Source of the DNA: Squalus acanthias | Taxonomy: Eukaryota | Reading direction: 5' to 3' | Assembly (NCBI GenBank): GCA_030390025.1 | Contig: CM059432.1 | Span: forward strand, 76,324,001 to 76,388,000 | DNA length: 64,000 nt | In this document: positions 1 through 11,829 of the stretch, one piece after another | Position numbering within the stretch: position 1 is the first letter of the stretch | Layout of the letters: every line of letters starts with the position of its first letter | Made by a program: the position numbers and the translations under genes | The notes under the pieces: model-generated | What the model saw: only the letters and a program-made list of their open reading frames with translations | Databases searched by the model: none | Told to the model about the DNA's origin: nothing

Positions 1-2574
1 CTCCCTCAATCTTTCCTCATAAGACCTCCCCCCCAAACTAGGCAGCATCCTGGTAAATCTCCTTTGCACTCTTTCCAATGCTTCTACGTCCTTCCTATAG
101 TGAGGTGACCAGAACTGCACACAATATTCCAAATGTAGTCTCACCAAGGTCCTGTACAGTTGCAGCATAACCTCACGGTTCTTAAACTCAAACCCTCTGT
201 TAATAAACGCTAACACACCATAGGCCTTCTTTACTGCTCTATCCACTTGAGTGGCAACCTTCAGAGATCTGTGGATATGAACCCCCAGATCCCTCTGCTC
301 CTCCACGTTCCTCAGAACCCTGCCGTTGACCCTGTAATCCTTATTCAAATTTGCCCTACCAAAATGAATCACCTCGCACTTATCAGGGTTAAATTCCATC
401 TGCCATTTTTCGGCCCAGCTCTGCATCCTATCAATGTCTCTTTGCAGCCTACAACTGCCCTCCACCTCATCCACTACTCCACCAATCTTGGTGTCATCAG
501 CAAATTTACTGATCCACCCTTCAGTCCCCTCCTCCAAGTCATTGATAAAAATCACAAACAGCAGAGGACCCAGCACCGACCCCTGTGGCACACCGCTGGT
601 AACTGGTCTCCAGTCCGAAAATGTTCCATCCACCACCACCCTCTGCCTTCTATGAGTTAGCCAGTTACTTATCCAATCGGCCAAATTTCCCTCTATCCCA
701 CAACTCCTTACTTTCTTCATGAGACGACCATGGGGAACCTTATCAAACGCCTTACTGAAATCCATGTATACGACATCAACTGCTCTACCTTCATCTACAC
801 ACTTAGTTACCTCCTCAAAGAATTCAATCAAATTTGTTAGGCAAGACTTACCCTTCACGAATCCGTGTTGACTATCCCTGATTAAGTTGCCCCTTTCCAA
901 ATGGTCATAAATCCTATCCCTCAGGACCTTTTCCATTATCTTACCAACCACCGAAGTAAGACTAACCGGCCTATAATTACCAGGGTCATTCCTATTTCCT
1001 TTCTTGAAGAGAGGAACAACATTCGCCACTCTCCAGTCCTCTGGCACCATCCCCGTGGACAGTGAGGACCCAAAGATCAAAGCCAGAGGCTCTGCAATCT
1101 CCTCCCTTGCCTCCCAAAGAATCCTAGGATATATCCCATCTGGCCCAGGGGACTTATCGACCCTCAGGTTCTTCAAAATTGCTAAAACATCTTCCCTCAG
1201 AACATCTACCACCTCCAGCCTATCCACCTTTATCACACTCTCATCCTCAAGAACATGGCCCCTCTCCTCGGTGAACACTGACGAAAAGTATTCATTCATC
1301 ACCTCTCCTATCTCTTCTGACTCCATGCACAAGTTCCCACTACTGTCCTTGACCGGCCCTACCCTCACCCTGGTCATTCTTTTATTTCTCACATAAGAGT
1401 AAAAAGCCTTGGGATTTTTCTTGATCCGACCCGCCAAGGACTTCTCATGCCCCCTCCTAGCTCTCCTAAGCTCTTTTTTTAGCTCATTCCTTGCTACCTT
1501 GTACCCCTCAATCGACCCAACTGAACCTTGTTTTCTCATCCTTACATACGCTTCCTTTTTCCTCTTGACTAGACATTCAACCTCTTTTGTGAACCATGGT
1601 TCTCTCACTCGGCCATTTCCTCCCTGCCTGACAGGGACATACCTATCAAGGACACGCAGTAATTGCTCCATGAAAAAGCTCCACTTTTCGTTTGTGCCTT
1701 TCCCTGATAGTTTCTGTTCCCATCTTATACTCCCTAATTCTTGCCTAATCGCATCATAATTACCCCTCCCCCAATTATAAACCCTGCCCTGCCGTATGGC
1801 CCTATCCCTCTCCATTGCAATAGTGAAAGTTACCGAATTGTGGTCACTATCTCCAAAGTGCTCTCCCACATACAAATCAAACACTTGGCCCGGTTCATTA
1901 CCCAGTACCAAATCCAACGTGGCCCCACCTCTTGTCGGCCTATCCACATATTGTGTCAGGAAACCCTCCTGCACACACTGTGCAAAAACTATCCCATCCG
2001 AACTGTTTGACCTATAAAGGTTCCAATCAATATTTGGAAAGTTGAAGTCACCCATGACAACTACTCTGTGACCTCCACACCTATTCATAATCTGCTTTGC
2101 AATTTCTTCCTCCACATCTCTATTACTATTTGGGGGCCTGTAGAAAACTCCTAACAACGTGACCGCTCCTTTCCTATTTCTAACTTCAGCCCATATTACC
2201 TCAGACGGCAGATCCCCCTCGAACTGCCTTTCTGCCGCTGTTAAACTATCCTTGATTAACAATGCTACTCCCCCACCTTTCTTACCAACTTCCCTACTCT
2301 TACTGAAACATCTATACCCCGGAACTTCCAACAACCATTCCTGTCCCTGTTCTAACCATGTCTCCGTAATGGCCACCACATCGTAGTCCCAAGTACCAAT
2401 CCACGCTCCAAGTTCTCCTACCTTATTCCGGATGCTCCTTGCATTGAAGTAGACACACTTCAAGCCATGTTCCTGTCTGCCGGTACATTCCTGCGACCTT
2501 GATACCCTCCTCAGTACCTCCCTACACTCACCACTGGCTCGTGGACTACAGCCCTTTTTCCCATCCCCGACAAA
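1..2574 (-). CDS. CR1 ORF2 (APE endonuclease + reverse transcriptase), open to the window edge, partial
   Basis: Manual translation: LKCVYFNARSIRNK...AITETWL, GDFN (~2041-2052), SDH (~1840-1848), VYMDFSKAFDKVPH (~730-771), SKFADDT (~490-510), YCVQFWSPHYRKD. All 858 codons were checked and none is a stop. The ORF is absent from the track because it runs off the edge. Confidence 0.93.
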
Positions 2575-2802
2575 TTAGTTTAAACCCCCCCGAAGAGCCG
2601 TAGCAAATTTCCCTCCCAGGATATTGGTGCCCCTCTGGTTCAGGTGCAAACCGTCCTGTTTGTACAGGTCCCACCTTCCCCAGAATGTGCTCCAATTATC
2701 CACATAACTGAAACCCTCCCCCCTACACCATCCCTGCAGCCACGTGTTTATCTGCACTCTCTCCCTGTTCCTCAACTCGCTAGCACGTGGCACCGGCAAC
2801 AA
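2575..2802 (-). CDS. CR1 ORF1 C-terminal fragment (SGNH esterase-like domain)
   Basis: INTWLQGWCRGEGFSYVDNW...LYKQDGLHLNQRG: the DGLH motif is typical of the esterase domain of CR1 ORF1. Confidence 0.85.
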   Translation of the reverse strand: MLPVPRASELRNRERVQINTWLQGWCRGEGFSYVDNWSTFWGRWDLYKQDGLHLNQRGTNILGGKFATALRGGLN

Positions 2803-2803
2803 A

Positions 2804-4960
2804 CCAGGTAGATTGGGAAACTAAATTAAAAGGTATGATGGTAGACAAACAATGGCTAGCATTTAAAGAATTAATACATAATTTACAACAAACATACATT
2901 CCTTTAAGGCACAAAAACCCCACAGGAAAAGTGGTCCAACCGTAGCTAACAAGAGAAGTTAAAGATAATATTTGATCAAAGGAAGAGGCTTATAATATTG
3001 CCAAAAAGAGCAGTAAGCCTGAGGATTGAGAGGATTTTAGAATTCAGCAAAGGATGACCAAGAAATTGATAAATAAAGGGAAAATAGAATATGAGAGTGA
3101 ATTAGCAAGAAATATTAAAAACAGACTGTAAATGCTTCTATAGGTAAGTAAAAAGGAAAAGATTAGCAAAAGTAAATGTGGGTCCCTTACAGGCTGAGAC
3201 AGGAGAAATTATAATGGGGAATAAGGAAATGGCAGAGAAATTAAACAAATACTTTGTGTCTGTCTTCACGGAAGAAGACGCAAAAAACCTCTCAGAAATA
3301 GTGGAGAACCAAGGTTCCAGCAAGAATGAGGAACTGAAAGAAATTATTATTAGTAAAAAAATAGTACTGGAGAAATTAATGGGACTGAAAATCGATAAAT
3401 CCCCTGGACCTGATGGCCTACATCCTAGGGTTTTGAAAGAGGTGGCTATAGAGATAGTGGATGCATTGGTTGTCATCTTCCAAAAATTCCATAGATTCTA
3501 AAACGGTTCCCATGGATTGTAAGCTAGCAAATGTAACCCCACTATTTAAGAAAGGAGGGAGAGAGAAAACGGGGAACGGTTAGCCTGACATCATTAGTAG
3601 GGAAAATGCTAGAATCTATTATTAAGGACGTGGTAACAGGGCACTTAGAAAATAATCATAGGATTAGGCAGAGTCAACACGGATTTATGAAAGGGAAATC
3701 ATGTTTAACAAATCTGTTAGAGTTTTTTGAGGTTGTAACTAGCAGAATAGATAAGGGCGAACCAGTGGATGTGGTGTATTTGGATTTTCAGAAGACATTC
3801 GATAAGGTGCCACACAAGAGGCTATTAAACAAAATTAGGGCTCATGGGATTGGGGGTAATATACAAGCATGGATTGAGGATTGGTTAACGGACAGAAAAC
3901 AGAGAGTTGTCATTTTCAGGTTGGCAGGCTGTAACTTGTGGGGTACCACAAGGATCAGTGCTTGGGCCTCAGCTATTCACAATCTATATCAATGATTTGG
4001 ATGAGGGGACCAAATGTAAGATATCCAAGTTTGCTGATGATGCAAGGCTAGGTGGGAATGTAAGTTGTGAGGAGGATGCAAAGAGGCTTCAAGGGCATAT
4101 AGACAGGCTAAGTGAGTGGGCAAGGACATGGCAAATGGAATATAATGTGGAGAAATGTGAAGTTATCCACCTTGGTAGGAAAAATAGAAAAGCAGAGTAT
4201 TTTTAAAATGGTGACAGATTGCGAAATGTTGGTGTTCAGGGGGACCTGGGTGTCCTTGTACACAAATCACTGAAAGTTAGCATGCAGGTACAGCAAGCAA
4301 TTAAGAAAGCAAATGGTATGTTGGCCTTTATTACAAGAGGATTTGAGTATAAGAGTAAAGATGTCTTACTGCAATTATATAGGTCCCTGGTGAGACCACA
4401 CCTGGCATATTGTATACAGTTTTGGTCTCCTTATCTAAGGAAGGATATACTTGCCATAGAGGGAGTGCAACAAAGGTTCACGAGACTGATTTCTGGGATA
4501 GGGCGATTGTCCTATGAGGAGAGATTGAGTAGACTAGGCTTATATTCTCTAGAGTTTAGAAGAATGAGAGGAAATCTCATTGAAACATACAAAATTCTTA
4601 CAGGGCTTGACATGGTAGATGCAGGGAGGATGTTTCCCCTGGCTGGGGAGTCTAGAACCAGGTGTCACAATCTCAGAATAAGGGGTCGGCCATTTAGGAC
4701 TGAGATGAGGAGAAATTTCTTCACTCAGATGGTGGTGAATCTTTGGAATTCTCTACCCCAGGGGGCTGTGAATGCTCAGTCATTGAGTATATTCAAGACA
4801 GAGAGCGATAGATTTTTGGATATTAAGGGAATTAAGGGATATGGGGATAGTGCAGGAAAGTGGAGTTGAGGTAGAAGATCAGCCATGATCTCATTGAATG
4901 GCAGAGCAGGCTCAAAGGGCCGAATAGCCTACTCCTGCTCCTATTTCTTATGTTCTTATG
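2804..4960 (+). mobile_element. Degenerate CR1 LINE (ORF2 RT region and 3' UTR)
   Basis: Broken ORFs 3178-4869 with KSPGPDGLHPRVLKE, YLDFQKTFDKVPH, GVPQGSVLGP and KFADD; ends in the (TTCTTATG)n tail at ~4945-4960. Confidence 0.93.
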
Positions 4961-5137
4961 TCTCAGCAGCATGTTCATATTGGTTTTGTGTAGCATGAAA
5001 AATTTTGTGCACTCATACTTGTTGTGGATAGTATGAGGTTTGAATAAAGACCTGATCCTGCATTAATACAACTGAGCGTGTGTGCAATCTGGTGTTTAAA
5101 GTAACAAAATGACAAAGAAAAAGAAAGCAGTCCAAAA

Positions 5138-7075
5138 GAATGCACTCTGGGTGGGGGACTTCAATGTCCATCACCAAGAATAGCACCACTACTGACTGAG
5201 CTGTCCAAGTCGTGAAGGACTCATTTGCCAGACTGGGCCTATGGGAGATGGTAAGAGAACCAACATGAGGGAAAAACCTACTTGACCTCGTCCTCAGCAA
5301 TCTACCTGTCGCAGATGCAACTCTCCATGACAGCATTGGTAGGAGTGACCACCGCACAGTCATTGTGGAGACGAAGTCCCATCTTCACTCCGAGGACGCT
5401 CTCCATCATGTTCTGTGGCCCTACCACCGTGCTAAATGGGATAGATTCAGAACCGATCTAGCAACTCAAAACTGGGCAAGCATGAGGCGCTGTGGGCCAT
5501 CCGCAGCAACAGAATTGTATTTCACCAGAATCTGCAACCTCATGGCCCAGCCTATCCCTCACTCTACCATTACCATCAAGCCAGGGGACCAACCCTGGTT
5601 CAAGGAGGAGTGTAGAAGAGCATGCCAGGAGCAGCACCAGGCGTACCTAAAAATGAGGAACCAACCTGGTGAAGCTACAACACAAGACTACATACATGCT
5701 AAAAAGTGGAAGCAGCATGCTATGGACAGAGTTAAGCGATCCCACAACCAACGGATCAAATCAAAGCTCTGCAGTCCCGCCACATCCAGTTGTCATAGTG
5801 GTGGACCATTAAACAACTAACAGGAGGAGGAGTCTCCATGAACATTCCCATCCTCAATGATGGTGGAGCCCAGCACGTGAGTGCAAAATACAAGGCTGTA
5901 GCGTTTGCAACCACCTTCAGCCAGAAGTGCCGAGTGAATGATCCATCTCGGCCTCCTCCTGAGGTCTCCACCATCACAGAAGCCAGTCTTCAGCCAATTC
6001 AATTCACTCCACATGATATCAAGAAATGACTGGATATTGCAAAGGCTATGGGCCCCGACAACACCCCAGCTGTAGTGCTGAAGGCTTGTGCTCCATAACT
6101 AGCATTTACCTGACAAAGTGGAAAATTGCCTAGGTACGTCCTGTCCACAAAAAGCAGGACAAATACAATCCGGCCAATTACCGCCCCATTTGCCTACTCA
6201 CAATCATCAGCAAAGTGTTGGAAGGTGTTGTCTACACTGCTATTAAGTGGCACTTACTCACAAATTATCTGCTCACCATTGCTCACTTTGGGTTCTGCCA
6301 GGACTACTTGGCTCCAGACCTCATTATAGCCTTGGTCCATATGTGGACAAAAGAGCTGAATTCCAGAGGTGAGGTGAGAGTGACTCCCCTTGACATCAAG
6401 GCAGCATTTGACCGAGTGTGGCATCAAGGAGCCCTTGTAAAATTGAAGTCGATGGGAATCAAGGAGAAAACTCTCCACTGGCTGGAGTCATACCTAACAC
6501 AAAGGAAGATGATTGTGGTTGTTGGAGGTCAATCCTCACAGCCCCAGGACATTACTGCTGGAGTTCCTCAGGGCAGTGTCCTAGGCCCAACCATCTTCAG
6601 CTGCTTCATCAATGATCTTCCCTCCATCATAAGGTCAGAAGTGGGGATGTTCGCTGATGATTGCACAGTGTTCAGTTCCATTCGCAACTCCTCAGATAAT
6701 GAAGCAGTCCATGCCCGCATGCAACAAGTCCTGGACAACATTCAGGCTTGGGTTGACAAGTGGCAAGTAACATTCGTGCCAGGCAATGACCATCTCCAAC
6801 AAGACACTGTCTAGCCACCGCCCCTTGATATTCAACGGCATTACCATCGCCAAATCCACCACCATCAACATCCTGTGGGTCACCATTGACCAGAAACTTA
6901 ACTGGACCAGCCACATAAATACTGTGGCTACAAGAGCAGGTCAGAGGCTGGGTATTCTGCGGCGAATGTCTCACCTCTTGGCTCCCCAAAGCCTTTCCAT
7001 CATCTACAAGGCACAAGTCAGGAGTGTGATGGAATACTCGCCACTTGCCTGGATGAGTGCAGCTCCAACAACTTG
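5138..7075 (+). mobile_element. Second CR1/L2-group LINE family ('LINE-B'), ORF2 pseudogene, interrupted at ~7075
   Basis: LWVGDFNVHH, SDHRTV, DIKAAFDRVWHQG, GVPQGSVLGPTIF and MFADDCT in frameshifted pieces. Confidence 0.88.
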
Positions 7076-7083
7076 CAACAACA

Positions 7084-8620
7084 ATGGCTTGCATCCCAGG
7101 TTGCTAAGGGAATTGGGGGAGGAGATAGCGGAAGGGCTTGCCATAATTTTCCAATCTTCCCTAGATGCGGGGGAGGTGCCTGAGGATTGGAAAGTGGCAA
7201 ATGTGACACCATTGTTCAAGAAAGGGTGTAAGGACAATCCTAGTAACTACAGGCTGGTCAGTTTAACATCAATGGTGGGTAAAGTTTTAGAAACAATAAT
7301 CAAGGAAAAAATTAACAGGCACTTGGAGAGGTTTAAGCTAATTAATGAGAGCCGACACGGATTTGTAAAAGGCAGATCGTGTTTGACTAATCTAATTGAA
7401 TTTTTTGATGAAGTAACAGAGGATTGATGAAGGAAATGCAATGGATGTTGTCTACATGGATTTTCAGAAGGCATTTGACAAAGTACCACATAGAAGACAA
7501 AATTGAGGCTCATGGAATAGGTGGGTCAATGGCAGCTTGGATAAGGAATTGGCTTAAGGACAGAAAACAGCGAGTTGTGGTAAATGGCTGTTTTTCAGAC
7601 TGGAGGATGGTAGACAGTGGTGTTCCCCAAGGGTCAGTGCTGGGGCCACTGCTTTTTTTGATGTATATAAATGACCTGGATATTGGAATACAGAGTAGAA
7701 TTTCTAAATTTGCCGATGACACCAAACTTGGGGGTGTGGCAAACAGTGATGATGATATCAATCGACTGCAACAGGACATAGAAAGGCTAGCAGAATGGGC
7801 AGACAAGTGGCAGATGGAATTTAATACAGAGAAGTATGAGGTGATGCATTTAGGCAGAAGGAACAGAGAGAGGCAATATACACTTAATGGCACAGTTTTA
7901 AAGAGTGTGCAGGGACAGAGGGACCTGGGAGTTAATGTGCATAGGTCCCTGAAGGTGGCAGGACATATTGAGAGAGTGGTTAACAAAGCATATGGGATCT
8001 TGGGCTTCATAAATAGAGGTATTGAGTTCAAAAGTAGATAAGTTATGCTGAAACTTTATAAAGCGCTGGTTAGGCCACAACTGGAGTATTGTGTGCAGTT
8101 CTGGGCACCATACTTTAGGAAGGATGTGAAGGCCCTTGAGAGGGTGCAGAGAAGATTTACCAGAATGGTTCCGGGGATGGGGGATCCTAGCTACAAGGAC
8201 AGGTTGGAGAAGCTGGATTTGTTTTCATTAGAGCAAAGGAGGTTGAGGGGTGATTTGATAGAGGTGTACAAGATTATGACGGGTTTGGATAGGCTAGATG
8301 GGGAAAGGCTGTTCCCACTAATTGACGGTACAAGAACTAGGGGACACAGATTTAAGGTTTTGGGCAAGAGATACGGGGGGATGTGAAGAAAAACATTTTA
8401 AAAATCAAGTGGTGATGACCTGGAATTTGCTGCTGACGGAAATGGTGGAAGCGGAGACACTCAATGTTTTCAAGGGGAGACTGGATAGGCACTTGAGGGA
8501 AATAAACTTGCAGGGCTACGGGGATAGAGCGGGGGAATGGGACTGACTGAATTACGATGCAGAGAGTCGGCACGGACTTGATGGGCCGAGTGGCCTCCTT
8601 CTGTGCCGTTATGACTCTAT
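7084..8620 (+). mobile_element. 5'-truncated CR1 LINE (third family), RT region and 3' UTR
   Basis: GLHPRLLREL, GVPQGSVLGPLLF, SKFADDTKL, YCVQFWAP; 3' end gatgggccgagtggcctccttctgtg...atgactctat. Confidence 0.92.
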
Positions 8621-8877
8621 GGGCTGGATTTTGTCAGTGTGGGCGGGCTGGGGCGTGTCAGGTGGAAATCATGTCAGGACCCCGACTCCTAAGTGATGTG
8701 TTGAAAAAGTGGGATTTTCCCCTAATTGGGCAATTGATTTCCTGCGTGTGGGAACCACTGGCCCAATGAGTCTTTTCATACAGAAAGTCGTCTCCAATGA
8801 CGTCATCAATGCTGTTGGATTTAAGGCCTGCAAGCAGCCTTGATTCTTCTGGAGACTGGAAACGCTTTGGACATTGT

Positions 8878-9161
8878 ATGTGTGGGTTAGGTTGATTTGG
8901 CTATGATAAATTGACCCTTAGTGTTAGGGGGGATTAAATATGTGGGGTTCTGGGGATAGGATGGGATATGTTAGGGGGAATTAAATACGTGGGGTTACGG
9001 GGGTAGGGTGGGATATGTGTACTGTGGGGATTAAAGCAGGGACAGGGTACTGGATTTGGATGATCAGCCATGATCGTATTGAATGGCGGAGCAGGCTCGA
9101 CGGGCCGAATGGCCTACTCCTGCTCCTAGATTCTATGTTTCTATGTTTCTATGTTTGTATG
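8878..9161 (+). mobile_element. 5'-truncated HE1/V-SINE variant with CR1-type tail, inserted in H1
   Basis: Near-identical to the 3' half of the SINE at 16549-16987; (TTTCTATG)n tail. Confidence 0.85.
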
Positions 9162-9181
9162 AAGGACTTCATTTACCGACC

Positions 9182-10566
9182 ATGTCCACCAGCAAGCAAA
9201 AGTGTGCACCTCGCTTTGATGAGCCCTCCCTACAAGCTCTGGTGCAGGGAGCAAGATCTAATAAGGAGGTGCTCTTCCCTTCCTCAGAGAGAAAAAAGCC
9301 ACCACAACAGACTAAAGCTGTGTGGCTGCAAGTGGCCCAGGAGGTCAGCTCCATCTCGCTGAGCCGCAGAACCTGGCTGCAGTGCAGACAGAGGTTTCAT
9401 GATCTTCTCCACGCAGGAAAAGTGAGTATGACTTTCCCATCACCCTCAATCTGATCCCCATCGCCTCTCTTCACCAGCACTCTGCTTTGCCAACCTCTTC
9501 CTCCACATCCCACTTGACACTGACATCCCTGCACCCTTAACCATTCCCTCTCTCTGTATGGTCACATTCACTTAACTATTCGACCATGCAGCCCTCACAC
9601 TCCCGATCACTGTGATGCAATGACAACAACTTACAACACACAGGGAGGGCCCTTTGTCTCCTTCTAAGCATCTATGCTATGGATTCTCTGCACTCACTCC
9701 TCCATTCTCACTCAAACTCCACTTGTGTCCCTCATTGCAGGAAAAGAGAGCCCACAATAAGAGGGAAAGAGCGAGGACAGGAGGAGGGCCACCCTCAGTA
9801 GCCCAGCTCACCACCTCAGAGGAGGCGGCCCTGGAAATTGCTGGGATCGAGGAGGATTCCCAAGTGGGGGACGGACAGGCGGGCGCATCACAGCAAGCTG
9901 GTGACAGAATAGTTTGGCATCTCTCTCATTGACATTGTATGAGTGACTGATAATGATTTTGATGCTCTAACAGATTGACTTATGATCATTTGCACAATTC
10001 AATGTGCATGCAACCTTTACCTCACATCTCTAACTCTTTCCTTTACTCCCCCACAGGACCATCGAGAGCCCCTGTCCCCACTGTCCAGGAGGAAGAGCCT
10101 GAGCTTACAAACTCCTCAGAGGAAGCTGCAACCTCTGAGGGCGCAGCGTCAGCAGAATTCAGTGCACCCTGCACCAGCGCAGGCACTCACACTTCGGTGG
10201 GACATTCGGGACATAGAGTAGAGTTGTCATCTGGTGTATCATAGCTCTGAAGTGGGGCTGACCCATGAGAGGGATGTTGGTGGGGGCTCCTCTCCAAGCA
10301 CTCACACGACCATGCAACTGCAGAGCCCTCGGTCAGAGCCCCACCAGAGTCCCCACCCAACTGAGATTGGCGTCTCAACCCCTGCACAGCCGCAGGAGCA
10401 GCAGACTGTTGCCAAGCCCTCACAGGTTCGCAACCCCAGAGGACGCCCGCCAAAGGTGTCGAGACAGGAGCAGCAAGAAAGTGAGCAAGGGGCCTCCACA
10501 TCTGCTGAAGCCACAGGGGAAGCACTACGTAGCAGCATGCGTAAGAGGAAGATAATGCACAAGTAG
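9182..10566 (+). pseudogene. Harbinger Myb/SANT-like DNA-binding partner gene, 3 exons (9182-9421, 9741-9900, 10057-10566)
   Basis: APRFDEPSLQALV...WLQVAQEV...RTWLQCRQRFHDL; GT/AG junctions are phase-compatible (0, 1); frameshift/stop near 10242; C-terminal PRGRPPK and RKRK. Confidence 0.82.
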
Positions 10567-11415
10567 TCACGAGGGTAGTCACTTGGGTGTAATGTTGTGT
10601 TTAATTTTGAAAAGCCATCAGTTGCTTATTGTCATAAAAAATTCTGATGGCAAAGTGTTGCAGTTGTGGCGTGTGTCATTTCGCTAATGGTACTTCCACA
10701 TTGAGGGCTTAGGGCGACTTGCAATTGTCAGTATGGTGGTCAGAGTGATAGGAATCTGTAGGTTCTTGGCCATTGTCGATGGTCTGATGAGAAGGTGCGA
10801 GGCAAAAGTGTTTGATTGTGCAGGCTAAGCAAATCTGGCCAAGATGAGTGCGTCCCTTGCATCCTGGGCTGCAATGTGGTTGCGCGCTGGCACCTTCTGG
10901 CCTGTGCAGCTTCAGGTGGGTGAGCAACAGCTTGACACTCCTGTTGTTGCTGCTGCTGTTGGTGGTGCTGTTGTTCATGGTTCTGCTGCTGCCACGGCTG
11001 GTCTTCGTCCGAATCTGATGTCCAGGAGGAAAGGAAATAAATGGTTCCCATGCTTCTGGTATATGCCTCAGTTGAGGAAGCGCTCAGTCTCGGTGGCAAG
11101 AGGGGTTTCCCAGTAGGTCACACTGGAGATGGGTGTCAGGCTCCAAACTTCCACAACAATGGGTATGCCTGCTAAAAGTTCCCCCAGACCTGAGACAACA
11201 AAGTTCTGCCACCTGCAAATGATGATTGCTGAAAACTCCTTTGTAATGGTGGAGCTGCAGCTGTTAGTAAGCAATCCACTTGTGAGGCCACCAGGATTAC
11301 CTGGCGTGTTCCAGAGGAGACGTGCAGGACGTGGGAAAAGTGGTAAAATCAGAAAGGCCTCTCGAAATGGGATTATAGAGGCACTTAACTGGTTGTTAAG
11401 GGCATTAAGGGCCTA

Positions 11416-11825
11416 TCCCACCTCAAACATTCATTCCCTCAACCACCGGCATATCGTGGCTGCAGTATGTACCATCTACAAGATGCACTGCAGCAACTCG
11501 CCAAGGCTTCTTCAACAGCACCTGCCATACCCGCGATCTCTACCACCTAGAAAGACAAGGCCAGCAGGCGCATGGGAAGACCACTACCTCCAAGTTTCCC
11601 TCCAAGTCACATTCCATCCTGACTTGGAAATATATCACTGTTCATTCATTGTTGCTGGGTCAAAATCCTGGAACTCCCTCCCTAACAGCACTGTGGGAGT
11701 ACCTTCACCACAAGGACTGCAGCGGTTCAAGAAGGCGGCTCACCACCACCTTCTCAATGGCAATTAGGGATGGGCAATAAATGCTGGCCTTGCTAGCGAC
11801 ACCCCCATCCCATTAATGAATAAAA
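11416..11825 (+). mobile_element. 3' end of LINE-B family
   Basis: HSLNHRHIVAAVCTIYKMHC...KSWNSLP, then 3' UTR gggatgggcaataaatgctggcc...aatgaataaa. Confidence 0.85.
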
Positions 11826-11829
11826 CATC

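Larger units (their letters stand above)
1..2802 (-). mobile_element. Young CR1-clade LINE, 5'-truncated within ORF1, continuing past the left window edge
   Basis: Minus strand encodes the ORF1 C-terminus (2575-2802) followed by APE endonuclease and RT motifs; no stops in the ORF2 frame. Confidence 0.95.
8621..11415 (+). mobile_element. PIF/Harbinger element H1: Myb gene retained, transposase mostly deleted, right end lost
   Basis: Starts with the TIR-like GGGCTGGATTTT; spliced Myb/SANT gene on +; Gln-rich transposase N-terminal remnant on - (~10740-11050). Confidence 0.8.

Noticed and set aside
247..2386. Several plus-strand ORFs of 73-137 aa
   Set aside because: They are antisense shadows of the CR1 ORF2 on the minus strand.
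6786..7427. 213-aa ORF that looks like a novel fusion protein
   Set aside because: It is a chance in-frame junction between LINE-B and an inserted CR1.
11129..11767. 212-aa ORF
   Set aside because: It reads from Harbinger subterminal DNA into a LINE-B 3' fragment and is not a gene.
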